Below are positions 19,774-26,889 of a DNA stretch of 64,000 nt, piece after piece. This stretch comes from Hydrurus foetidus (Eukaryota), in contig UYFQ01000057.1 of the NCBI GenBank assembly GCA_900617105.1, forward strand, positions 62,001-126,000, written 5' to 3'. The notes under the pieces are model-generated. The model was not told where the DNA came from. It worked only from the letters and a program-made list of their open reading frames with translations, and ran no database searches. The position numbers were made by a program, and so were the translations under genes. Within the stretch, counting starts at the first letter, position 1. Each line of letters begins with the position of its first letter.

Positions 19774-20121
19774 TTAAGCCGCCTCAAGCATGAACTCAAC
19801 TTTTACAGCTTCAAACGGGAACACGACGCCCCCATCTGCCGCACGACTGAGAACGCCTGCGTCCAACAAGGCAACAACGTCCCCGTGCACAGCCTTTACG
19901 TCGCGCCCGACGCGTCTGGCCGCCTCGCGGATCGACATGGCACCCGCCCCGCACATTGCTTTGAGCAATTCCCATCGTTTGGCCGTAAGCACCTGCCACA
20001 GCAGCTCGGGTGTGGCAAAGCCAAGGCGAGCCTCGCGCTCCGCGCGGCCGGATTTCATGGCGCGGGCTGCATCTGCAAGCGTGTCAGCCAGCGAACGAAC
20101 CTCAAGAATGACTGTGTTCAT
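19774..20121 (-). CDS. HTH DNA-binding protein, putative antitoxin (HVO_A0114-like)
   Basis: LTAKRWELL, SIREAARRVGRDVKAVHGDV HTH. Confidence 0.75.
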   Translation of the reverse strand: MNTVILEVRSLADTLADAARAMKSGRAEREARLGFATPELLWQVLTAKRWELLKAMCGAGAMSIREAARRVGRDVKAVHGDVVALLDAGVLSRAADGGVVFPFEAVKVEFMLEAA

Positions 20122-20398
20122 GATTCCACCTCGTAATATCAGCATTGAAGTCGAGCATTAACTGTTCTGGCGTTGAGAAGGCATAGTCAAGCTCCTGTTT
20201 CCCGAAGTGCCGGTGATCACCTTTACCTCGTTCGTTGTCATATCTCAGCACACACTCGCCGCCAACAACATAAGCTAGACGATATTTGAACGAATGATCA
20301 GACGGCGGGACAGGCTCAGGGACTCGCCATACAGCCACCTCTGCGAATGCATCGAGAGCAAGGACAACGCGACGGCGAATGAGCGGGATAGCCTTCAT
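20102..20398 (-). CDS. DUF6516/TumE-like putative toxin
   Basis: FKYRLAY and RYDNERGKGDHRH motifs; overlaps the HTH gene. Confidence 0.75.
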   Translation of the reverse strand: MKAIPLIRRRVVLALDAFAEVAVWRVPEPVPPSDHSFKYRLAYVVGGECVLRYDNERGKGDHRHFGKQELDYAFSTPEQLMLDFNADITRWNHEHSHS

Positions 20399-20405
20399 GT
20401 TGGAG

Positions 20406-20435
20406 ATTATGACAACACGTTGGAGTTGTTGTCAA
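20406..20435 (-). promoter_or_regulatory. sigma70-like promoter with overlapping operator palindrome
   Basis: TTGACA-18-CATAAT 7 nt before the ATG; GACAAC...GTTGTC inverted repeat. Confidence 0.7.
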
Positions 20436-20466
20436 TGAGTCCAACAAACTTCACTTATCCGGCTAG

Positions 20467-20568
20467 GCAGAACGTTGGCCGTGAATGGGCCGCAACGGCG
20501 CACTCAACTTTGAAGAATGGCGACCACGCTGGCCGCCTTCGTGGGTCCACTCGACGAACCTGTTAAAC
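20467..20568 (-). other. attC site, 102 bp
   Basis: GTTTAAC AGGTTCGTCGAGTGG...CCATTCACGGCCAAC GTTCTGC. Confidence 0.82.
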
Positions 20569-20823
20569 CACTTCATTTCGAATCCTGATTCTCCACACCC
20601 AAAATGCCGCAAACCAAAAGAAACCTGCTATGAAAAAATGAACTGCCAGTGCGCTCCAAAAGCCTGCGGGGTTTTGTGCGAGCACATACACAGTGCCAGG
20701 TCCGGATTTCGCAACCGTCTCGACACGCCCAAGAGTTACGGCGGCAACGATGCCCCAACACGACACTAATCCAAAAGATATGAGAATCGCTACGCAACAC
20801 CAGTAGATGGTCTTTTCGAGCAT
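20563..20823 (-). CDS. small two-TM membrane cassette protein
   Basis: 86 aa, two hydrophobic segments, stop inside R''. Confidence 0.6.
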   Translation of the reverse strand: MLEKTIYWCCVAILISFGLVSCWGIVAAVTLGRVETVAKSGPGTVYVLAQNPAGFWSALAVHFFIAGFFWFAAFWVWRIRIRNEVV

Positions 20824-20831
20824 GGCTTGCG

Positions 20832-20918
20832 GTTTAACGTTGAAGGCTACCTGCAAGCAACACTCGCCGCAATGCGGCAACCGGACGTTGCTTGTCAGTG
20901 TGGGCCGACCAGTTAGAC
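20832..20918 (-). other. attC site, 87 bp
   Basis: GTCTAAC TGGTCGGCCCACAC...CAAC GTTAAAC; closely similar to 19671-19757. Confidence 0.9.
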
Positions 20919-20922
20919 CAAG

Positions 20923-21321
20923 TTACCACGAAGCCACCGCAGACAAGCGCTCCTTGGTCATATCAATCATGCACCTAGAAAACATGCCTGCGCTGCCACT
21001 ACCGTTCATAGTGTCCGCACGGTAATGGCACCATGCATTTCTGTATTTCTTCCATTCAATTTGGCTTTGACGAAGGTTCCGTCTAAGACTTGCAAGGCCC
21101 TCTTGGGACCATCCATCATTTTCGAATTCACGGCTGTACGTCAATCCTCGAAGTTTTTCTTCTATAGCGATTTTGAGTCTTTGATCTAGCCGTTCAGACT
21201 CTTGCCCCAAGCAAGCGTATACCTCAGGGGAGTTCCGCGCAGCTTCGGTACATATGTCCAATGGCTCCTCTGCGTAGGAACTCGTTGCGATGAGTACAAC
21301 CAGAAGAAATGCAAGGCGCAT
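20923..21321 (-). CDS. LprI/DUF1311-like secreted protein
   Basis: signal peptide; LRQSQIEW..YRNAWC and GSGSA...C..DMT.ERL pattern. Confidence 0.75.
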   Translation of the reverse strand: MRLAFLLVVLIATSSYAEEPLDICTEAARNSPEVYACLGQESERLDQRLKIAIEEKLRGLTYSREFENDGWSQEGLASLRRNLRQSQIEWKKYRNAWCHYRADTMNGSGSAGMFSRCMIDMTKERLSAVASW

Positions 21322-21334
21322 GATGAGGTCTAAC

Positions 21335-23127
21335 GAGGCTGTAAAAAAACCCGATTTCCAAACCCGCCATGTCGGCTGTGCGTGATTCGTGGATCGGTTT
21401 TTAAGAATTTGGCGCTCATGCGCAAAGTGTGCCGCAATTTTTCTCAGTTTCGAGCCTGATAGCGTCTGCAGGGCCTTATGGCCTCTTTATCGAACCCTCT
21501 GACATCCCAGATTCGTCTTCGATAGCTTCTCAATGTTATGCACCATGCAGTACAGGTTCCACTGCGTATTGACCTTGGTGCGGCCTCGGTGGTTCAACCG
21601 AGTCAGGCGCTTGTTGTGGCGGATGTTGGCAAACACCGGCTCCACTGTGCCAAAGCGTTGACTGTAAAGCTGGCGTCCCCGGGGTGAGTCAATCGCTTGG
21701 CGCATGCGCTCACTGGGGTTGGTTGGGTCTTTGGGTTTGGGCTCAAAGCGGGTGACGCTTCTGCCGCGTCCATCGTTGGGCTTCATGGGGCCTTTGAGAC
21801 ATTGCGTTTTGCAGGGGCACGATTCGCAGTCTCTTGCTTTGGCCGTGTAGCGCTGATAAGGCTGTCCATTTGCAGTGAAGTAGATGGTGCCTGCACTGGT
21901 CATCACCTGGCCCGCCGGGCATGTAGCCGTGTTGTCATCATTGAAGGTGAAGTCCTTGGGGCCCAACCGTTTGACCTCCTTCTCCTGCCCGGTGGCTTTC
22001 TTCTCGGACAGTGGATCGGGCTTACCTTTGTATTTGTCTTGTTCCGCAAAGCGCTCATCACGGGCGCGCATCTGGTTGTCAGCCACCATGGCGGGGATGC
22101 CTTGCTGCATCAGTTGCGCAATGTTGGTATCGCTGTGGTACCCCGCATCGGCGGTGACCAGGGTATCTGGTGTGCGAAAGGGGCTTGCCTGCTCAATCAT
22201 AGGTAGCAGCATGGCTTGCTCGGAGCCGGAGCCAATCACATCCGCTGCAATGATGACTTGGTTTGCACTGTCCACAGCAGCCTGTGCCGCGTAGCCTTGC
22301 ATGACGCCTTTGCTGGTGGCCATCTTGGCGCTCTGTGGATCGGTGACGTTGGACTTGAGCTCTTTGCCTTTACTGCCAATACGCTTGGGAGTGGTGGCCA
22401 AGAATTCCCGTGTGCGTTTGGCTTCTTTGCGCAGGGCGTCCATTTGGGCTTGACGCTTGGGTTCCAGCGGCTGGTCACTACCTTGTTTGTCTTGGGCTTG
22501 GTGCAGCGCCAGTATCTTGTCTGCAGCCTGGTCCAAACGGTCAGCGCGGTGGCGCAGTTCTTCATGGGTGCCGCTGCGCTCTTTGCTGGCATTGCTGGGG
22601 AGCTTGACGCCGTCGATGGCAAACATCTCGCGTCCGATCAAGCCTTGGGCATCGCAGGTCATCAGGACTTGGCTGAATAGGGGTTTGATCTGGTCGCTGA
22701 GGCTGCAGACGAACTTGGCGATGTGGGTGTGGCTGGGTTGGCTGTCGCCACTGATGGCGATGAATTGGACGTTGCGCGCACAAGCTTGTTCAATGGTGCG
22801 GCTGGAGATCAGGCCCTGGCTGTAGGCCAGCAAGACGATCTTGAGCATGACGCGGGGGTCGTAGGCACTGGCTCCTACCTCATCGTTCTTGAACTTGGCA
22901 TCCATGGCCGTGAGGTCAAGCTCGTTGTCGACCAGGTAGTCCAGTGCAAAGGCAAAGCTGCCGGGGACGATTTGTTCGGACAACACGACTGGCAGCAGCA
23001 TGCTGTTACGGTCTTGGGGTTTGTAGCGGGCCATGTTCTGCGGGGTACGTTGGGGATATAAATACAACGTTTTAGACCACGCGGGGGCTGACGGAAATTG
23101 GCAAATTGAGAGTTTTTTTACAGCCTC
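21335..23127 (-). mobile_element. IS1182-family insertion sequence (1793 bp)
   Basis: 16-bp perfect terminal IRs GAGGCTGTAAAAAAAC; AAC duplicated on both flanks. Confidence 0.92.
21487..23034 (-). CDS. IS1182-family DDE transposase
   Basis: YDPRVMLK, AIDGVK, ADAGY, CPAG Cys cluster, VEPVFANI motifs. Confidence 0.92.
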   Translation of the reverse strand: MARYKPQDRNSMLLPVVLSEQIVPGSFAFALDYLVDNELDLTAMDAKFKNDEVGASAYDPRVMLKIVLLAYSQGLISSRTIEQACARNVQFIAISGDSQPSHTHIAKFVCSLSDQIKPLFSQVLMTCDAQGLIGREMFAIDGVKLPSNASKERSGTHEELRHRADRLDQAADKILALHQAQDKQGSDQPLEPKRQAQMDALRKEAKRTREFLATTPKRIGSKGKELKSNVTDPQSAKMATSKGVMQGYAAQAAVDSANQVIIAADVIGSGSEQAMLLPMIEQASPFRTPDTLVTADAGYHSDTNIAQLMQQGIPAMVADNQMRARDERFAEQDKYKGKPDPLSEKKATGQEKEVKRLGPKDFTFNDDNTATCPAGQVMTSAGTIYFTANGQPYQRYTAKARDCESCPCKTQCLKGPMKPNDGRGRSVTRFEPKPKDPTNPSERMRQAIDSPRGRQLYSQRFGTVEPVFANIRHNKRLTRLNHRGRTKVNTQWNLYCMVHNIEKLSKTNLGCQRVR

Positions 23128-23210
23128 AACGTTGGCGATGACCAGCGCACAGCAACTGCTGCGCAGCAGTCATTTGCTGCTGGGTGTCTGCGTCGATCAA
23201 CCTGTTCGAC
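23128..23210 (-). other. attC site interrupted by the IS (R' remainder at 21328-21334); 87 bp when reconstructed
   Basis: GTCGAAC AGGTTG...CGCCAAC GTT|IS|GTTAGAC. Confidence 0.88.
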
Positions 23211-23216
23211 AGCAAC

Positions 23217-23546
23217 TTAGGCCACTTGCGCATGAAGCCTAACGCCCAACGCCCTCGCCACCTTTAAAACGGTTGCGAAAGTCGGATTCCCATTTTCACC
23301 CAGGGCTTTGTACAAACTTTCCCGACTCAGGCCCGCGTCGCGTGCCACTTGGGTCATTCCCTTGGCACGCGCAATGTCGCCTAGTGCGCGGGCAATTCCA
23401 GTTGCGTCATCCGGTGCGTCTTCCAGCCATGCGTCCAGATACGCAGCCATTTCTTCTGGCGTTCTAAGTTGTTCAGATACGTCATACGCAACGGTCCTCG
23501 TCACTTTTGTCGTTGACGCTGCTACTTTAGAAATTGCTTTTGTCAT
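23217..23546 (-). CDS. addiction-module antidote HTH antitoxin
   Basis: ALGDIARAKGMTQVARDAGLSRESLYKAL...GNPTF motif. Confidence 0.9.
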   Translation of the reverse strand: MTKAISKVAASTTKVTRTVAYDVSEQLRTPEEMAAYLDAWLEDAPDDATGIARALGDIARAKGMTQVARDAGLSRESLYKALGENGNPTFATVLKVARALGVRLHAQVA

Positions 23547-23556
23547 AAAAATGCTC

Positions 23557-23844
23557 CTAGAGTCCCTTTGCCAACAAGATCGCGGTCTCAATGTCTTTCT
23601 GCTGAGATGATTTGTCGCCGCCAGCCAGCAGGACAACGACAACGCCAGCTCGCTCCGTGTAATAGACCCGGTATCCTGGCCCAAAATCGATCTTCAACTC
23701 GCAAACACCGTCAGTCAGAGCCCTATGCTGCCCAGGATTCCCATGAACGAGTCTATCGACGCGGACCTGAATTCGTGCACGACCCACTCGATCATTCAGT
23801 GAATTAATCCAATCGAGATAGACCTTGGTCGTTTGCAAATGCAT
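23557..23844 (-). CDS. RelE/ParE-family addiction-module toxin
   Basis: GNPG, ELKIDFGPGYRVYY, LLAGGDKSSQ motifs. Confidence 0.9.
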   Translation of the reverse strand: MHLQTTKVYLDWINSLNDRVGRARIQVRVDRLVHGNPGQHRALTDGVCELKIDFGPGYRVYYTERAGVVVVLLAGGDKSSQQKDIETAILLAKGL

Positions 23845-23850
23845 AATTTG

Positions 23851-23879
23851 ATTGTATCCCACAGGATACGCATCAACAA
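23851..23879 (-). promoter_or_regulatory. promoter/operator of the TA cassette
   Basis: TTGTTG-17-TACAAT 6 nt before the ATG; GTATCC/GGATAC inverted repeat. Confidence 0.6.
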
Positions 23880-23902
23880 GCCTAGAACACTATGAAATTG
23901 CC

Positions 23903-23989
23903 GTCGAACGTTGGCGCTGTCCGGCACTCAGCATGCGCCGCGAAGCGGCAACCTGCTGCTGCGTGTCCGCGACGAGCAACCTGTTAGCC
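23903..23989 (-). other. attC site, 87 bp
   Basis: GGCTAAC AGGTTG...GCCGCTTCGCGGC...CGCCAAC GTTCGAC. Confidence 0.9.
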
Positions 23990-24673
23990 GTCATTTAGTT
24001 CGACGATGATTGGTACGTGATCACTCACCGCTCGCCATTGCGCGAAGTCGGGCACTGTCACACTTTCAATGTTCAGAGAACTGTGCAAGAAGCAATAGTC
24101 GATGTGGAAGGGTTTTGCGACGTTCTTCGTGTGAAAGTAGGTTGATCGAGTTTCGGAGCCGAATACCTCGCTTGTGTGGGAATGGTACGCGCTACGAAAG
24201 CCCAAGGCACACAGTTTGGCCTCGACGTTAGCAAAGTTCCGCGGGCCGTTCGGTTTGTCCCAGACCACCGAGTTGTTGAAATCACCAACCACGAGGGCGC
24301 GACCCTCGCCGAGCCATTCGGACATTGAAGCTAAGACTACAAGTGGATAGCCTATGCGGCCAGGACCAAATCGGGTCGCTCGATGGTTGTATGCCCACGT
24401 AGCGAGCAATCGAATTCCTGTTTCCGGAAATATTAGTGGCAGGAAGTAGGTCCACTCGTTCTGCAGAAGCGGGCTAACGACGACTTCTTGTCGTTTGACA
24501 AGGACACCGAGGCCATTCTTCGGATTGTTGCCTCGCCAACTAAAAAAGTAGCCAGTGGGCACTATCAGAGCTTCTTCGCACTCTTGAACAATAGCTACGT
24601 CTGGCTCCAATTGGAGCAAGAAGTCGAGCTTACGACTCAACGAGAGATTGCAGTTCCACGTGACGAGGCGCAT
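23984..24673 (-). CDS. endonuclease/exonuclease/phosphatase (EEP) family protein, first cassette
   Basis: LVTWNC, IVQE, GDFN, FHIDY, SDHVPI motifs. Confidence 0.88.
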   Translation of the reverse strand: MRLVTWNCNLSLSRKLDFLLQLEPDVAIVQECEEALIVPTGYFFSWRGNNPKNGLGVLVKRQEVVVSPLLQNEWTYFLPLIFPETGIRLLATWAYNHRATRFGPGRIGYPLVVLASMSEWLGEGRALVVGDFNNSVVWDKPNGPRNFANVEAKLCALGFRSAYHSHTSEVFGSETRSTYFHTKNVAKPFHIDYCFLHSSLNIESVTVPDFAQWRAVSDHVPIIVELNDG

Positions 24674-24676
24674 GAC

Positions 24677-24760
24677 GGCTAACAATCAGCGTTTATCAGC
24701 CGCGCTGCAATGCTCGTAGAAACCATGAACGCCTCCCGCGGCTGATAAACCATGTTGGAC
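24677..24760. other. array-head recombination site (attI-like or atypical attC) with a 14-bp inverted repeat
   Basis: GTTTATCAGCCGCG (24691-704) and CGCGGCTGATAAAC (24737-750); a GTTRRRY-type core points outward at each end. Confidence 0.6.
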
Positions 24761-24853
24761 TGAACCGCCTGCTGAGGCCGTCGCGATCGGGTGAACCGCC
24801 TGCTGAGGCCGTCGCGATCGGGTGAACCGCCTGCTGAGGCCGTCGCGATCGGG
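24761..24853 (+). repeat. perfect tandem repeat, 3 x 31 bp
   Basis: TGAACCGCCTGCTGAGGCCGTCGCGATCGGG at 24761, 24792 and 24823. Confidence 0.97.
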
Positions 24854-25004
24854 GTTTGTAAGCTTCACCCCATTTTTTGAATCAGATTATGACCGGGCCT
24901 GCGGTGATTCCAGTCAATCAACATCGTGGCGAACGGGCATAAAGCCACGCACGCCGGCGGTGTGTAAGCGTATTGCGCCGCCCCAGTTGGGTCTGTCCCA
25001 CACA

Positions 25005-25070
25005 GCGCGCAGCGCCACCCCCAGCCCTCTGGATGCGCTCAACCCCACCCTCCCTACAATGCAGGCCTGA
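25005..25070 (+). pseudogene. possible C-terminal relic of an integron integrase
   Basis: reads ATPSPLDAL...stop, on the strand and at the position expected for intI; very short. Confidence 0.35.
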
Positions 25071-25088
25071 CTTCTTCCCTAGCCCACC

Positions 25089-25883
25089 ATGACTTCCCCC
25101 GCTTCCGACCTGCCCGAATCTCCAGACACTGCCGACACCACCAGCCCCGAAGCTGCGGCCAAGCCTTTCATGCGCACCATCAAGAGCTTTGTGAAGCGCG
25201 CGGGCCGCATGGGCGGTGGGCAGATCAAGGCGGTGGAAGAGCTAGGGCCGAAATTCCTCTTCCCCTACCAGACTTCTGCTATTGATTTCGAAGCAGCTTT
25301 CGCAGGTGCGGCGGGGGCTAGCGGCACAAATGATGCCAAACGCCCAGTGGTGCTGGAGATTGGCTTTGGCATGGGCGAGGCCACGGCCCAGATTGCTAAC
25401 ACGCTGGCGGACACCAACTTTCTGTGCTGCGAGGTGCATGAGGCCGGTGTGGGCGCGCTGCTCAAGCGCATTGGCGAAAGCGACCTGACCAACATCCGCA
25501 TCTGCAACCACGACGCGGTGGAGGTGATTGACCACATGCTGCCGCTGGGTAGCCTGGACGGCGTGCACATCTTCTTCCCCGACCCCTGGCACAAGACCAA
25601 GCACAACAAGCGCCGCCTGATCCAGAGCCCGCTGGTGGCCAAGCTGGCTGCACGCCTGAAGCCTGGCGGCTACCTGCACGCGGCCACCGACTGGGAGCCC
25701 TATGCCCAGCAGATTCTGGAAGTGCTGAGCGCCGAGCCCAAGCTCAAAAACCGCGCACTTGCCACGAGCCCCGAATTGGCCGGCTATGCGCCCAAGCCGC
25801 ACTACCGCCCGCTCACCAAGTTCGAGAACCGTGGCATCAAGCTCGGCCACGGTGTGTGGGACGTGGTGTTCGAGCGCATCTAG
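25089..25883 (+). CDS. trmB: tRNA (guanine-N7)-methyltransferase
   Basis: [31 protein letters not shown] motifs. Confidence 0.95.
   Translation: MTSPASDLPESPDTADTTSPEAAAKPFMRTIKSFVKRAGRMGGGQIKAVEELGPKFLFPYQTSAIDFEAAFAGAAGASGTNDAKRPVVLEIGFGMGEATAQIANTLADTNFLCCEVHEAGVGALLKRIGESDLTNIRICNHDAVEVIDHMLPLGSLDGVHIFFPDPWHKTKHNKRRLIQSPLVAKLAARLKPGGYLHAATDWEPYAQQILEVLSAEPKLKNRALATSPELAGYAPKPHYRPLTKFENRGIKLGHGVWDVVFERI
25277..25332 (+). repeat. dispersed ~55-bp repeat, copy C (in frame inside trmB)
   Basis: TGCTAttgatttcgaAGCAGCtttCGCAggtgcggcggGGGCTA, translating as [15 protein letters not shown]. Confidence 0.65.
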
Positions 25884-25895
25884 CGCTTTAGCGGC

Positions 25896-26810
25896 ATGGC
25901 GCGCCCTCGCCCCAATGCCCCGCCCACCCGCAATGGCGTAGGCCCCAGCAGCGTGATGCTGCCCGAGGGGCCGTGGGCCACGGTGCTGGAGTTTCTGGCG
26001 CAACGTTTCCCCGGCATCAGCCACGCCCAATGGCTGCAGCGCCTGCACGATGGCGACGTGGTGGACGACCAAGGCCAGGTGCTGGCGCCGCAAGAGGCTT
26101 ACACCGCCAAGCGCCGGCTTTACTACTACCGCGCCCTGCAGGCCGAGCCGCCCATTCCGTTTGACGAAGTGGTGCTGTGGCAAGACGCGCACCTGCTGGT
26201 GGTGGACAAACCGCACTTTCTGCCGGTCATGCCGTCCGGCAAATACCTGCAAGAGACCGTGCTGGTGCGCCTGAAAAACCGGCTGGGGCTGCACGACCTG
26301 GTGCCCATCCACCGCATTGACCGCGACACCGCAGGGCTGGTGCTGTTCTCCATCAACCCCGCTACGCGCGACGCCTACCACGCGCTGTTCCGCGAGCGTG
26401 CCGTGGCCAAGACCTACGCGTGCATCGCCCCCTGGAACCCGGCCCTGCCCTGGCCACTCCACCGCGAAAGTCGCATTGCCGTGTCGGCCCACTTCATGCA
26501 GCAGACCGAGGTGGACGGCGCCGTGAATGCCATCACCGACATCACGCCATTGGAAACCCTGGGGCCCTGGGCGCGCTACCAGCTGCAGCCGCTGACCGGC
26601 CAGCGCCACCAGCTGCGCGTGCACATGGCAGCACTCGGCCTGCCCCTGTTGTTTGACGGCATGTACCCCACGCTGACGCCCGAAGACGCCACCGACTACG
26701 CCCGCCCGCTGCAGCTGCTGGCACAGCGCATTGCGTTTACCGACCCGCTGAGCGGCCAGGTGCGCCAGTTTGAAAGCCAGCGCCAGCTGCTCCTGCTGCA
26801 GAATTTATAA
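25896..26810 (+). CDS. RluA-family pseudouridine synthase
   Basis: VDKPH, HRIDRDTAG, TGQRHQLRVH motifs. Confidence 0.9.
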   Translation: MARPRPNAPPTRNGVGPSSVMLPEGPWATVLEFLAQRFPGISHAQWLQRLHDGDVVDDQGQVLAPQEAYTAKRRLYYYRALQAEPPIPFDEVVLWQDAHLLVVDKPHFLPVMPSGKYLQETVLVRLKNRLGLHDLVPIHRIDRDTAGLVLFSINPATRDAYHALFRERAVAKTYACIAPWNPALPWPLHRESRIAVSAHFMQQTEVDGAVNAITDITPLETLGPWARYQLQPLTGQRHQLRVHMAALGLPLLFDGMYPTLTPEDATDYARPLQLLAQRIAFTDPLSGQVRQFESQRQLLLLQNL

Positions 26811-26866
26811 GAAATGGGCCTCTAGCCCCCGTGATATATGCGCGAGCAGCTCCTAAAATAGTAGCA
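26811..26866 (-). repeat. dispersed ~55-bp repeat, copy D (intergenic)
   Basis: TGCTActattttaggAGCTGCtcgCGCAtatatcacggGGGCTA. Confidence 0.8.
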
Positions 26867-26889
26867 ACCCACCCACCAGGGTCTGCCCA

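Larger units (their letters stand above)
16478..24683 (-). mobile_element. integron gene-cassette array lacking an intact integrase (CALIN-like)
   Basis: About 11 co-oriented small ORF units separated by R''...R' hairpins. Each cassette start core is complementary to its own end core (e.g. GTTAGGCGTCA/TGACGCCTAAC, GTTAAACC/GGTTTAAC). Confidence 0.92.

Noticed and set aside
24761..24853. 31-bp repeats as a CRISPR array
   Set aside because: The units are directly adjacent with no spacers, and no cas genes are present in the window.
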